A stretch of 64,000 bases of DNA from an uncultured Actinomycetes bacterium (GTDB lineage Bacteria > Actinomycetota > Thermoleophilia > UBA2241). This document shows, one piece after another, positions 30,293 through 40,564 of the stretch (positions within the stretch are counted from its first letter, which is position 1; each line of letters starts with the position of its first letter). The notes below the pieces were generated by a model. The model was not told the origin of the DNA. It was given only the letters and a program-made list of their open reading frames with translations, and searched no databases. The stretch is from contig CAVYCN010000019.1 of assembly GCA_963767005.1 (NCBI GenBank), positions 64,001-128,000 of the forward strand, read 5' to 3'. The position numbers were made by a program, and so were the translations under genes.

Positions 30293-33200
30293 GCGTCGCC
30301 CGCGATGCCGGGCGCGGCCTGGGGCAGCGCCGGCTCGGAGAGCGTCGGGATGCGGCCGGCGAAGATGTTGCCGGTACGGCCGTCGATCGACAGCCAGTCG
30401 CCGGCGTGCAGCTCGGCGCCGGCCAGTCGGGCGACGCCGCTGCGCTCGATCACCTCGAGGTCGCGGCAGTCGACGACCGCCGTCTTGCCGAGCCGCTTGG
30501 CGGTCACCGCGGCGTGGGAGGTGGCGCCGCCGCGGGCCGTCAGGATGGCGTTCACCCGCGTGATCATGGCGATGTCCTCGGGCACGGTGTCGGGCCGCAG
30601 CAGCACGATGTTCTCGCCGGGCGCCTCGCTCAGGAGCTGCTCGATCTGCTGAGCGTTCACCGCGACGCGTCCCGAGTAGGCGCCGCCCGACACGCCCATG
30701 CCGACCGCGACCGGCGGTCCGAACTCGGGCGACGACGTGTCGAAGTAGGCGGCCTCGCGCGACTGCCGGCGGCCCTGCACCACGGCGCGCTTCTGCAGCA
30801 CGTACAGGTCGGCCGCGTCGGGCCCCTCGAAGGTGAACTCGAGCTCCTGCGGGTCGTACTCTTGCTCGCCGACGAGCTCGCGGGCGACCTTGAGCAGCTC
30901 GCCATAGACGGCGGGGTAGTCGCGCTCGAGCGAGTGGTCGGTGCCGCGATAGGTGGGGCTGCCCAGGCGCTGCGCCTCGGAGATCGGCAGCGGGAACACG
31001 AGCCCGCCGACCAGGTCCTCGCCCTGGCTCTGCATGGCGAAGTCGCCGAACAGGCGCACCTGGCGGCTGTAGGGGTCGAGCGGGTTGTGGGTGAAGGTCA
31101 CGCCCGAGCCCGACTCGCGGCTCAGGTTGCCGAACACCATGCGCTGCACGACGACTGCCGTCCCCCACTCCTCGGCCACGCCGACGTACTGGCGGTAGAG
31201 GCGGGCGTGCGGCGAGTCCCACGACTCGAGCACCTTGAACACGCACGACACGAGCTGCGCGAACGGGTCCTCGACGAACACCACCCCGCCCTGGCGGGCG
31301 CGGTCCTTGTAGGTGAAGGCGATCTCACGCATCTGCGCGACCGTGAAGTCGAGCTTCTGCTCGACGCCGTAGCGCTCCTTGAACTCGCTCATGATCGCGT
31401 CGAAGAAGTCGCGGTCGATGCCCGACGACATCGCCCACGACTGCAGGAAGCGCCGGTAGCAGTCCCAGGCGGCCCAGCTCAGGCGCGGCTCGGCCGACAT
31501 CGACTCGGCGAGCTCGTCGTTCAGGCCGACATTGACGAAGGTCGTCATGAGGCCCGGCATCGAGACGGCGGCGCCCGAGCGGATCGACAGCAGCAGGGGG
31601 CGCGCGGGGTCGCCGAGGCGCCGGCCGGTGACCTTCTCGAGCTGGGTGAGAGCGCCGGCGATGCGCTCGATCGTGTCGTCGTAGAGCGGCCGGTACGACA
31701 GCGCCGGCATGGCGCTGAACAGCTCGGTGGAAAGCACGAAGCCCTCGGGCACGTTGTGGCCGTACGAGGCCATCTGCTTGAGCCCCAGGCCCTTGAAGCC
31801 CAGCGTGTGCTGGTCGTCGGTGTCGGGATCGGGCCGGTGCAGCAGCGACACGAGCCGCTCCGGGTCGTAGTTCATCATGCGCGTGAGGGCCTGGCTGCCG
31901 AGGCGGCCGTTGAGCAGCGAGATGCGCCGCAGAGCGGCGCCGGCGAAGCCGTCGAGCGCCTGCATGCCGAGCGCCGAGACGAGCACCTCGCGCAGCACGA
32001 GCTCGGCCACGGCGTCGACCGACAGGCTGCGCGCCTCGCACTGCCGGGTGTCGTTGATCAGCACGGTGTGCAGCACCTGGTCGTGGGAGAGGATCGCGTT
32101 CGCCGAGATCTCGGTCACCGCGTTCACCAGGAACTGGAAGAGGTTCTGGTACTGGCGGAACGTGAAGTTGTGGCTGCCGAAGCTGCTGTTCAGCATGTCG
32201 AGGTTGGCGACAAGCGCGCGCGAGTCGACGCCCTCGACTGCGAGAGCGCGCTGGAAACGGCCGATCGCCTCGCACATGCGCTCCAGCGACCAGCGCGTGA
32301 CGTAGGGCTCGATGCCCTCGGCCACGAGGTCGTCGAACAGCCGGTCGACCAGGCTCTCCACCCGGAACGACAGCCCCAGGGCGTCGAACTTCGGCTCGGC
32401 GTAGTTGCCGTAGATCGACGGGATGCCGGCCGCGATGTGGCGCTTCTGGTAGATGTTCTCGGTCGAGGTCGAGGTCGCCGGGTCGAGGATGATCGCCTTG
32501 AGCTCCTCGAGGACGGTCAGCGCGGCGTCGAGCAGGCGGTCCCGCCGCGCCGGCGCGGGATCACGCTGCCAGGCGGTGAGGGCCCGCTGGAACCGGCGCC
32601 GGCTGCCGGCGTCGAGGGCGAGGTGCCGGGCCACCGCGTGGCCGACCTCGGGGGCGGCCAGCGAGTACTTGGCCGTAAGGAGCTGCACGGTGCGCACCAT
32701 GAGCGCCACGCGGCGGCGCCCGCTGTCGTCGGGCGCGCCGCCGTCGGAAGGCGGCGCAAGCTCGGCGAGCAGCGCCGCCGGGTCGAGCCCGAGCCGTGCG
32801 GCGAGCGCGTCGGGCGACAGGGCGGCGAGCCGGTCGATGAAGGCGTGGACGGCCTCGGCGTCGGTCGGGGGCGTGCCGTCGGGCAGCAGCGTGAGCAGGG
32901 CCTCGTGCGGCCCCTGGGCCCACTCGCCCTCGTCGCGCACGGCCTCGAACGTGGTCTCCGAGACGTAGGGCGCAAGGCCCGCCGGGTCGAGCGTCAGCCA
33001 GTAGCGCAGCACCTCGCGGCTGAAGTCGACCATGCGGTTCGACGACTCGGCGTGCAACTGCTTGCGCAGGAAGTGCACGAGCGAGTCGTGACGCCCGCAG
33101 AGCTCGTCCACACCGGTCGACACGGTACGCAGCTCGCCCTCGGCCCCGACCTCGTTGAAGAACACCGGCAGCGTCCGCAGGAGCTGCTTGGCGACGAAGT

Positions 33201-34527
33201 AGATGGGCCTGATATCGGCGTTCAGGAAGCGCGTGACGTCGCGCTGGAACAGGTCGGTGTCGGCGATGTACACGCCGCCCAGCTTGAGCTGCACGTTGAG
33301 GGCCGCCGCGAGGCGCTCGTAGAGCGCCGGGTTGGACTCGATGATGCGCAGCCAGCAGCGGATCTTGGGCAGGTGGTACGGGTTGACCATGGTCGCCCAG
33401 TCGTCGGTCGCGCCACGGATCTCGGGGTACTGGAAGCGCCACGACAGCACGTCGGCGACGAGGTGGTCGACGGCCTTCACGTTGGAGGCCTCGCCGATCG
33501 CCTCACCGATCGCCTCGTAGCACTTGAAGCGCATCAGCAGGAACTGGTTGTCGCGGTCGCGGAAGAAGGCGGTCAACCGGCTCAGGATCATGTCGACGTC
33601 CATGCCACGGTCGGGCCGCAGCATCTGTTTGACGACGTCGAGCAGCTCGACCATGGCCTCCTTCTGGCGGTAGCCGAGCACGTCGTCCTTCAAGAAGAAG
33701 AGGCACACCGCGAAGCGATCCTCGATGTTGCGCACGTCGAACAGGCGGCCGATGGCGCGCTCGAGCAGCTCAGAGAAGAGCGGCAGGTCGGGCGAGACGA
33801 GCTCCTCGCCGGGCGCCTCGTCGGCGGCGCAGATGAGCTCGAGCAGGCGGCCTCCGGCGAGGAACTCGAAGTGCGCGGCGACGTCGGCGGGATCGGTCAG
33901 GCCGGCGACCTGCACGGTCGCCCAGCTCGGCACGTCGAGGCGCTCCTCGAGACGCCGGTAACCGGCCAGCAGCACGCCGCGGTGGAGCTCGCCGAACACC
34001 CCGGCCAGAGCGGGGCGCCGCGCGACGCGCTCGACGACGTCGCGCAGCAGCGCGTCGCGCTCGAGGAAGGCCGCGGTCTGACGCGGCAGCAACGCCTCGA
34101 GGGTCGCGCCGACCGCCGCCAGACCGGCGTCGTAGGCCTCGCCGTGCGGCCCCCTGAGGGCGCCGACGCACCAGAGCAGCAGCGTGCGCAGCAGCAGCGA
34201 GAACTGCTCGGGCGTGAGCGCCGAGTCGAGCAGCCCGAGCACGAGCTCGGCGAGCAGCTCGAAGAGCGCGGCGCGGTCGTCGGCGCCCTCGAAGTGGGCC
34301 CAGTTGCGCAGCAGGGTGACCTGGAAGCCGTCGATCAGCAGGTCGGCGTTGCGGTAGTCGTGGAAGTACTCGCCCATGGTCTCGGCGAGCGCGGCGCGCA
34401 CGCCGTACAGGCCGTCGACCGCCCGCAACAGCGGCAGGTAACGCTCGGGGATGACGACGTCCTGCGCCGTGCTCGCGAGGTTCGCGCGCAGCGCGTCGGA
34501 GTCGAAGGGCACGACCGGTCTACTCAT
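30289..34527 (-). CDS. Large PPDK-like protein: about 900-aa unknown N-terminus, ATP-grasp domain and phospho-His swivel domain; no PEP/pyruvate-binding barrel
   Basis: LGFKG, VPEGF, LLSIRSGAAVSMPGLM, VQRMVFGN, SGSGVTFT, QGEDLVGG, ELEFTFE, LQKR, GGATSHAAV; the protein ends just after SIDGRTGNIF. Confidence 0.85.
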   Translation of the reverse strand: MSRPVVPFDSDALRANLASTAQDVVIPERYLPLLRAVDGLYGVRAALAETMGEYFHDYRNADLLIDGFQVTLLRNWAHFEGADDRAALFELLAELVLGLLDSALTPEQFSLLLRTLLLWCVGALRGPHGEAYDAGLAAVGATLEALLPRQTAAFLERDALLRDVVERVARRPALAGVFGELHRGVLLAGYRRLEERLDVPSWATVQVAGLTDPADVAAHFEFLAGGRLLELICAADEAPGEELVSPDLPLFSELLERAIGRLFDVRNIEDRFAVCLFFLKDDVLGYRQKEAMVELLDVVKQMLRPDRGMDVDMILSRLTAFFRDRDNQFLLMRFKCYEAIGEAIGEASNVKAVDHLVADVLSWRFQYPEIRGATDDWATMVNPYHLPKIRCWLRIIESNPALYERLAAALNVQLKLGGVYIADTDLFQRDVTRFLNADIRPIYFVAKQLLRTLPVFFNEVGAEGELRTVSTGVDELCGRHDSLVHFLRKQLHAESSNRMVDFSREVLRYWLTLDPAGLAPYVSETTFEAVRDEGEWAQGPHEALLTLLPDGTPPTDAEAVHAFIDRLAALSPDALAARLGLDPAALLAELAPPSDGGAPDDSGRRRVALMVRTVQLLTAKYSLAAPEVGHAVARHLALDAGSRRRFQRALTAWQRDPAPARRDRLLDAALTVLEELKAIILDPATSTSTENIYQKRHIAAGIPSIYGNYAEPKFDALGLSFRVESLVDRLFDDLVAEGIEPYVTRWSLERMCEAIGRFQRALAVEGVDSRALVANLDMLNSSFGSHNFTFRQYQNLFQFLVNAVTEISANAILSHDQVLHTVLINDTRQCEARSLSVDAVAELVLREVLVSALGMQALDGFAGAALRRISLLNGRLGSQALTRMMNYDPERLVSLLHRPDPDTDDQHTLGFKGLGLKQMASYGHNVPEGFVLSTELFSAMPALSYRPLYDDTIERIAGALTQLEKVTGRRLGDPARPLLLSIRSGAAVSMPGLMTTFVNVGLNDELAESMSAEPRLSWAAWDCYRRFLQSWAMSSGIDRDFFDAIMSEFKERYGVEQKLDFTVAQMREIAFTYKDRARQGGVVFVEDPFAQLVSCVFKVLESWDSPHARLYRQYVGVAEEWGTAVVVQRMVFGNLSRESGSGVTFTHNPLDPYSRQVRLFGDFAMQSQGEDLVGGLVFPLPISEAQRLGSPTYRGTDHSLERDYPAVYGELLKVARELVGEQEYDPQELEFTFEGPDAADLYVLQKRAVVQGRRQSREAAYFDTSSPEFGPPVAVGMGVSGGAYSGRVAVNAQQIEQLLSEAPGENIVLLRPDTVPEDIAMITRVNAILTARGGATSHAAVTAKRLGKTAVVDCRDLEVIERSGVARLAGAELHAGDWLSIDGRTGNIFAGRIPTLSEPALPQAAPGIAGDA

Positions 34528-34604
34528 GGCATCTCAGATGATACCTGCTCACCGCCGCGGTCGCGGTGTGCGGCGCCGGCCGGGCGGCGGGGCGTGCAGC
34601 GGGC

Positions 34605-34657
34605 GTCACCCGCGCGCCTCGGGGTCGGGGGCTGACACCCCGAGGCGCGCGGGCGAC
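34605..34657. terminator. 21-bp imperfect inverted repeat downstream of hydantoinase B
   Basis: gtcacccgcgcgcctcggggt (34605-34625) pairs with accccgaggcgcgcgggcgac (34637-34657); the single mismatch is a G-U pair on the minus strand. Confidence 0.5.
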
Positions 34658-34720
34658 CGTTCGCCGGCGTCGTCGATGTCGACGGACGAGCGCGTTCGTG
34701 CGGCGCTCGTCCCCGGCGCT

Positions 34721-36502
34721 CTAGCGCTCTCGCAGCTCGCGAGTGGCGGCCTCGTCGATCGCACCGTCCTTGATGACGACGCCGTAGACGTCCCTCGCCC
34801 GCTCGCAGGAGATGCGCTGCTCGAGCACGTCGTGCAGGACTCGCTCGGCGCTGCGCTCGCGCGGCGAACCGTAGCCGCCTCCGCCACAGCACTTCGAGAC
34901 GATCGCCTCTCCGGGGGCGACCGTCACCAGCCCCAGGCCACGGGTGGGCGCCGCGACGACCTCGCCGCTAGCCAGCCGCCGCCACGCCCCGGCGGGGCCG
35001 CCGGACCCGCCGCCGCGGACACCCTCGGCCGGGTACATCGTGCCGTCGTTCACATAGAAGACCTCGACGTCGGTGCCGACGGCTTCCATGACGGTCATCG
35101 CCCCGGGCGATCCGCATGTTCGACCGGCGCCCTCGCTGTCGGGGATGAGGCGCTGCTCCAGGACTCTGATGGGGAAGGAGATCTCGTCGATCTCGGTGCT
35201 GTCGAGCATGCCCATGCCCAGCGTGACGATGTCGGTCGACGTGAGCCAGCCGTCGGCGTACGGAGTGGCCGCGCCGCCGGTCAGGCCGTGCAGGAAGACC
35301 TCGTTGACGAACGGGGCGCCGTCCTTGCGCGGATCGTTGCCCGAGATCACCCCGACGGCGGGCGGGAGCAGCAGGCCGTACTCGGCCCGCCCCATGCCGT
35401 CGCCGAGCTCCGCCATGGCGTGCGCCACGGCGTTGGCGACACGGTCGACGAGGTCGGTCGTGCAGGCGGAGCAGCTGAACGGGTGCCGGGTGATGCCGAC
35501 GATGCAGTTCTCGCGAAGATGCACACGGATGCGGCGCTGGCTGCCGCCGTTGAACGGCACGTCGGCACAGATGCCGCAGAAGACACCCGCCATCGCCCCG
35601 GCGAGCGAGGACGACTCGCTCAGGTTGAGCCCGAACGGCTGATTGTCGATATTGTCGCGCAGGTCGACGTCGATCATCGCCTCAGCGGGGTCGACCTGCA
35701 CGGTCACGTTGACGGGAAGGTCGTCGAGGCCGGGCACCGGGTCGTGGTGGCCGTGCACCGTCACTGTGCCGCCGGCGAGGCCCTTGATCGCCTCGGCCAT
35801 GACCTGCTCGCTGTAGTGGAACCACTGGTCGACGAAGTCGTCGAGCGCCTTCCAGCCGACCTCGCGGCCGAACTCGAGGATCTCGCGCTCACCGATGCGT
35901 GCCGAGCCGATCAGGGCCAGATAGTCGCCCCACCACTGCTCGGGCACACGGATGCGCAGCTTGCACATCCGGATGACGTCTTCGATGTCCTTGTAGTCGC
36001 TCTGCACCTTGACGCACGGGAAGATCAACGCGCCTTCCTCGTAGACGTCTTTGGCGGTGCTGAAGTACGTGGTCGGCACCGAGTTGCCGCAGTCCGCCTG
36101 GTGCCCCTTGACGAGCGACGTGAAGCGATGCACGCCCTGCTCGTCGAAGATGGGGACGAGCACCGACCAGTCCGCCGCGTGCGTGTTGCCGTGGTAGGGA
36201 GAGTTGTTGAGGAAGGCGTCGCCTGGCTTAAGGTCGGGCTGCGCCTCGAGCAGGGCCTCACCCAGGAGGTGGCTGTTCATGACGTGGAGCGGCTCCGCTT
36301 CGGCCATGGCCAACAGGCTGCCGTCGGCCGACAGCAGGCAGCACGAGAAGTCCTTGGCGGTGTTCAGCACGCCGGACCGGGCCGACCGCAGGAGCGTGTT
36401 GGTCATGCGCGTGACGATGCCGTTCATGCGGCTGTTCATGATCGCGAGCTGGACGCCGTTGAGCCGAGTCCTGGTCTCCGGCGTGGCCGCCTCTGGATTC
36501 AT
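34721..36502 (-). CDS. Hydantoinase B / 5-oxoprolinase family subunit
   Basis: LLRSARSGVLNTAKDFSC, GDAFLNNSPYHGNTHAAD, GHQADCG, DSEGAG, GGGGYGSPRER; ATG after ggagg. Confidence 0.88.
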   Translation of the reverse strand: MNPEAATPETRTRLNGVQLAIMNSRMNGIVTRMTNTLLRSARSGVLNTAKDFSCCLLSADGSLLAMAEAEPLHVMNSHLLGEALLEAQPDLKPGDAFLNNSPYHGNTHAADWSVLVPIFDEQGVHRFTSLVKGHQADCGNSVPTTYFSTAKDVYEEGALIFPCVKVQSDYKDIEDVIRMCKLRIRVPEQWWGDYLALIGSARIGEREILEFGREVGWKALDDFVDQWFHYSEQVMAEAIKGLAGGTVTVHGHHDPVPGLDDLPVNVTVQVDPAEAMIDVDLRDNIDNQPFGLNLSESSSLAGAMAGVFCGICADVPFNGGSQRRIRVHLRENCIVGITRHPFSCSACTTDLVDRVANAVAHAMAELGDGMGRAEYGLLLPPAVGVISGNDPRKDGAPFVNEVFLHGLTGGAATPYADGWLTSTDIVTLGMGMLDSTEIDEISFPIRVLEQRLIPDSEGAGRTCGSPGAMTVMEAVGTDVEVFYVNDGTMYPAEGVRGGGSGGPAGAWRRLASGEVVAAPTRGLGLVTVAPGEAIVSKCCGGGGYGSPRERSAERVLHDVLEQRISCERARDVYGVVIKDGAIDEAATRELRER

Positions 36503-36531
36503 TCCGACCTCCACCTTGTCGCCGCCCATGA

Positions 36532-38607
36532 TCAGCGTCCCGTCGTGTCGTCGTGGCTCAGCAGCAGGTTCCCCAGCCGGGAGCGGACCGCGACGGCGCC
36601 GGGTTCGACGACGACCGTCGTGAGCGGTGACTCCACCAGCGCCGGCCCGGAGACCGGCTCGTCTTCGGCGAGGACGGAGAACTCGACCACCGGGGTCGAG
36701 ACGAGCCCCACGCCGGGGAACCAGGCCTGGCGAGCGCCGTGCTTCGGGACGGCGCCCTCGGCTCCGACCGCGGTCAGCTCGGTCTCGCGCAGGCGACACT
36801 CCGCCCGTGCCCGCCAGCCCACCACCTCGATGGGCGACTGCGGGTCGCTGACGGCGAACACCTCCTGATGGATGTCGTGAAAGCCCTGTCGCAGGGCGTC
36901 GACGTCGTTTGCGCCGGCGAAGCGATCCGCCTGCAGCACGACGGGCAGCTCCCAGATCTGGTCGGGGTAGCGCGTGTCGGCCGAGTAGCTGATCGAGGCG
37001 GACAGCGTGCCTTCGCCGGCGCCGTCGACGAAGGCCTGCGCCTTCTTCTCGAGGTCGCGGAGCACGGCGTTGACGCCGGTCAGATCGAACCCGTCGCTCG
37101 TCGTGACGAAGGTCGCCGCGTATTCGGCGGTGAGGTCGGACAGCAGCATGCCGACGGCGCTCAGGACTCCCCCGAACTGCGGGATGATGACGCGGTCGCA
37201 ACCGAGCCGCCGGCCGACGATGGACGCGTTCAAGCCGGCGGCGCCGCCGCCGCCGATCAGGACCGCCTCCGCCGGGTCGATGCCCTGGTCGATCGTGATC
37301 GCACCGATCGCCTGGACCATGTTCTCGGTCGCCACCTCGAGGACGGCGTAGGCCGTCTCGCAGACGTCGAGCCCGAGGCGCACCCCGAGGTCGGCGAGCG
37401 CCTGGCGCGACGACCCCGCGTCCAACTTCATGGCGCCGCCCAGGAAGTAGTCCGAGTCGAGGTAGCCCAGTACGAGGCACGCGTCGGTCACGGTCGGCTC
37501 CGTGCCACCGCGCCCGTAGCAGATGGGGCCGGGGTCGGCCCCCGCGCTGCGCGGGCCGACGTGCAGCAGACCGTGCTGGTCGACCCAGGCGATGCTGCCG
37601 CCGCCGGCCCCCACGCTGCGCACGTCGACCGAGGGGAAGCCGGTCATGTGGCCCACGAACCGCGGCCCGATCCAGGTCTCCACGGTCGTCGGGATGCGGC
37701 CCCTCTGCACGACGCTGACGTCGTAGGTGGTGCCCCCCGTGTCGGCCACGACGACGGTCTTGTGGCCGGTCTCCGACGCGGCGATGCTGCGCCCGGCGAT
37801 AGGCGCCATCGCCGGGCCGGAGTTCAGGGCGTGGATCGGCGCGTCGGCCACCTCGCGCGCATCGGCCACGCCCCCGTTCGACGTCGACACCAGCAGCCTG
37901 CCGGCGAACCCCGCCTCTCTGAGGCGTTGCTCGAGACCGTGGAGGTACTCGCTCATCACCGGCTTGAGCGAGGCGTCGATCACGGTGGCCGACGCCCTGC
38001 GGTACTCCCTGAGGATCGGATTGAGCTTGTGCGACAGCGTGCAGGAGATGCCGGGCGCGTGCTCGGCCAGCAGCTCACCCACGCGCAGCTCGTGAGCGGG
38101 ATTGATGGTCGAGAAGAGCAGGCAGACGCCGACGGCCTCTACCCCGCGCTCCCGCAGCCCGGCGATGATCCTCACCGTCTCCTCTTCGTCGAGCGCGCGC
38201 ACGATCTCGCCGTCGTAGGCGATGCGTTCGGGGATCTCGAAGGTGAGCGAACGCGGCACGTAGGGCTCGGGAAACTCCTGGAAGGCGTCGAACGGCTTCT
38301 CCTTGCCGCCCTCCCGATTCACCAGTATCTCGGGGTGCCCCCAGGTCGTGAAGAACGCGGTCCTCGCCACCGTCCCGGTGACGACCGCGTTGATCGCTCG
38401 CGTCGTGCCGTGGATCAGCATCTCGCAGCGCGAGAGCAGCTCCTGCTGCGTCGTGCCGAGCTGCTTCGCGGCGCTCTCGACCACGTCCAGCACCCCGACG
38501 ATCGGGTCGTGTGGCGTCGTGGGCGCCTTGAACTGATGCAGCTTCCCGGCGTCGTCCTCCACCGCGAGATCGGTGAAGGTCCCTCCAGTGTCGATCGCAA
38601 ACCGCAT
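36532..38607 (-). CDS. Hydantoinase A / 5-oxoprolinase family ATP-binding subunit
   Basis: IDTGGTFTD, HGTTRAINA, SGPAMA, DTGGTTYDVS, GAGGGSIAW, SAGADPGPICYGRGG. Confidence 0.9.
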   Translation of the reverse strand: MRFAIDTGGTFTDLAVEDDAGKLHQFKAPTTPHDPIVGVLDVVESAAKQLGTTQQELLSRCEMLIHGTTRAINAVVTGTVARTAFFTTWGHPEILVNREGGKEKPFDAFQEFPEPYVPRSLTFEIPERIAYDGEIVRALDEEETVRIIAGLRERGVEAVGVCLLFSTINPAHELRVGELLAEHAPGISCTLSHKLNPILREYRRASATVIDASLKPVMSEYLHGLEQRLREAGFAGRLLVSTSNGGVADAREVADAPIHALNSGPAMAPIAGRSIAASETGHKTVVVADTGGTTYDVSVVQRGRIPTTVETWIGPRFVGHMTGFPSVDVRSVGAGGGSIAWVDQHGLLHVGPRSAGADPGPICYGRGGTEPTVTDACLVLGYLDSDYFLGGAMKLDAGSSRQALADLGVRLGLDVCETAYAVLEVATENMVQAIGAITIDQGIDPAEAVLIGGGGAAGLNASIVGRRLGCDRVIIPQFGGVLSAVGMLLSDLTAEYAATFVTTSDGFDLTGVNAVLRDLEKKAQAFVDGAGEGTLSASISYSADTRYPDQIWELPVVLQADRFAGANDVDALRQGFHDIHQEVFAVSDPQSPIEVVGWRARAECRLRETELTAVGAEGAVPKHGARQAWFPGVGLVSTPVVEFSVLAEDEPVSGPALVESPLTTVVVEPGAVAVRSRLGNLLLSHDDTTGR

Positions 38608-38642
38608 TCGTGCGCCTCCTCAGGCAGCAGCGCGCGCTGCCC

Positions 38643-40130
38643 CTATTCGAGCTCCGCCATCACGTTCGCACCGTTGTCTCCGACCTGTCCCGCGCGGACC
38701 AGCCACTCCTTGTCCTTGCTCGCAGCCTTTGACAACAGGATCGCGCCACCCACGGCGACCCAGACTCCGACCAGAGGCAGTGCCCACGCCCCGGGCCCGG
38801 TCGGCAGCGGGACGAACGACTTCCACAACACGTAGAGGACCACGCCACCGGCGACCACCGGCATGACGGCGTGCTTCCAGACGTTGAACTCACTTCTTCT
38901 CTCGACAAAGTAGTACTTCACAACACCGGCGCAGGCAAACACGTAAATACACACAGTTCCTAACGTGAATACCAGTCCGTACACGTAGTATCCATTTGTG
39001 GTGCCAAAACCGATGCCTAGGACAAGACCGGCGATCGTCCCGATGATCCACTGCGGATAGAGGATCTTTGTCGGTACCTTGTTCTTCGCGACGGTAGCCC
39101 AGCTGTTCGGCAAGACTCCTGACCGCGCCATGCCGTACAGCATCCTGTTACAGGCCGTGCCGGCAGACAATGTCGCCCCGAGACACGAGTTGATGAGGGC
39201 GACCAGAATGAGCCACCACAACGGTCCCCAGAACTTATGCGCGAGAGTGAGACCAGGGAGAACCGCCGCCGAGCTGAACTCCTTTATGTTGTCGATGCCG
39301 TAGCCGGTGAGAAGGCCGTACGACGTGAGAACCACGAACGCGACCAGAAAGACGACCGCCATCCACATCGCGCGCGGCACCATGTGGCGAGGGTTGCGCG
39401 TCTCTTCCGCGATCGGGGCTACCGTTTCCCACGTCGTGTAGATGAACACGGCGAACACCAGCGCCAGGAACAGGGTGTGCGCGTTGGGAGCCGAGGCGGG
39501 GCTGAACGGCCGCAGACTGACCCCGCCCTTGCCTGGGTCGGCTATCCCCCACAGCGCCAGCAGAAGCAGGAGGGACATCTCACCGGCGCCGAGGATGGCT
39601 GCCGTCTTGACGGACAGGGAGATGCCGCGGCTCGCCGCGTACAGCACGCCGCCCATGAAGACCAGATACCAGGCCCACCACGGAATGTTGACGTTGGCCG
39701 CGTTGAGGACTTCGAGGTGCAGGACACCGCTGAGCATGAGACAGACGCCGGCGCCCGCGATGATCATGGCGCCCAGGTAGAGCCACGTCGCCATGAAGCC
39801 CCAATAGGGGTTCAGCGACCGGCTCACATACGCGTAGAAACCACTTGCCGACGGCAGGTGCTTGGCGAGCTGACTCGATGAGAGCGCCACGAGCAGCATC
39901 AGGATGCCGCCCATCACCATGGCGAACGGCGCGGCCAGCCCGGCGTTGATGGCGATGAACTGCACGATGAACATGACGCTGAGGGTCGGACCGGAAGATG
40001 TGATGGCGGTGATGACGGAGCCACCCAGCCCGATGGCTCCAGCCCGCAGTTCCGTCGTGACAACCGGTACTTCGTGCTCACCCGTCGTCTTCACAGCGGT
40101 GAGTGGTCGCGTCAGATCCTCTGTGTCCAT
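38643..40130 (-). CDS. APC family amino acid/amine permease
   Basis: About 12 TM helices; LPSASGFYAYV, WETVAPIAEETRNP, RMLYGMARSGVLP. Confidence 0.88.
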   Translation of the reverse strand: MDTEDLTRPLTAVKTTGEHEVPVVTTELRAGAIGLGGSVITAITSSGPTLSVMFIVQFIAINAGLAAPFAMVMGGILMLLVALSSSQLAKHLPSASGFYAYVSRSLNPYWGFMATWLYLGAMIIAGAGVCLMLSGVLHLEVLNAANVNIPWWAWYLVFMGGVLYAASRGISLSVKTAAILGAGEMSLLLLLALWGIADPGKGGVSLRPFSPASAPNAHTLFLALVFAVFIYTTWETVAPIAEETRNPRHMVPRAMWMAVVFLVAFVVLTSYGLLTGYGIDNIKEFSSAAVLPGLTLAHKFWGPLWWLILVALINSCLGATLSAGTACNRMLYGMARSGVLPNSWATVAKNKVPTKILYPQWIIGTIAGLVLGIGFGTTNGYYVYGLVFTLGTVCIYVFACAGVVKYYFVERRSEFNVWKHAVMPVVAGGVVLYVLWKSFVPLPTGPGAWALPLVGVWVAVGGAILLSKAASKDKEWLVRAGQVGDNGANVMAELE

Positions 40131-40564
40131 TGCTACCTCCTATGCGACGTAGTCCGTAGCTATGCGAAACAGCACGCCATGTGTGGCGGAGACGCTGGTG
40201 GTTGCCGAGGGCACCGCGGACAAGGGACAGTCTGGGCGCAGCTCACCGGCAACGGCCGGTGATCCCCATACGGCCGGGTACGACGACACGCGCTGCTCCA
40301 GAGCGCTTGAACCCCCCTCTCTCTCGATCGGCGCGGCCGCCGGCACTCATCCGACGCCTCCCCCAACGGTGCGGGCCGGTGATCGGTCGCTACAGCCGCT
40401 CGAGCATAGAGCTCCGATGCCCTTCGGCATTGTGTCCACTACGTCGCGGCATCGTATACGAAGTGTATGGAGAAGCTATTCTGTGGAGAGTGCGCTGTCA
40501 AGGGCGTGTCACGAGAACGACCGCGCGACGAACCGCGCGGAGATCGGGCTCCAGGGGCGGCGGG

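Noticed and set aside
40131-40564. Small ORFs or a structured RNA in the leader of the APC permease
   Set aside because: No recognisable protein or riboswitch motif; best read as promoter/leader DNA.
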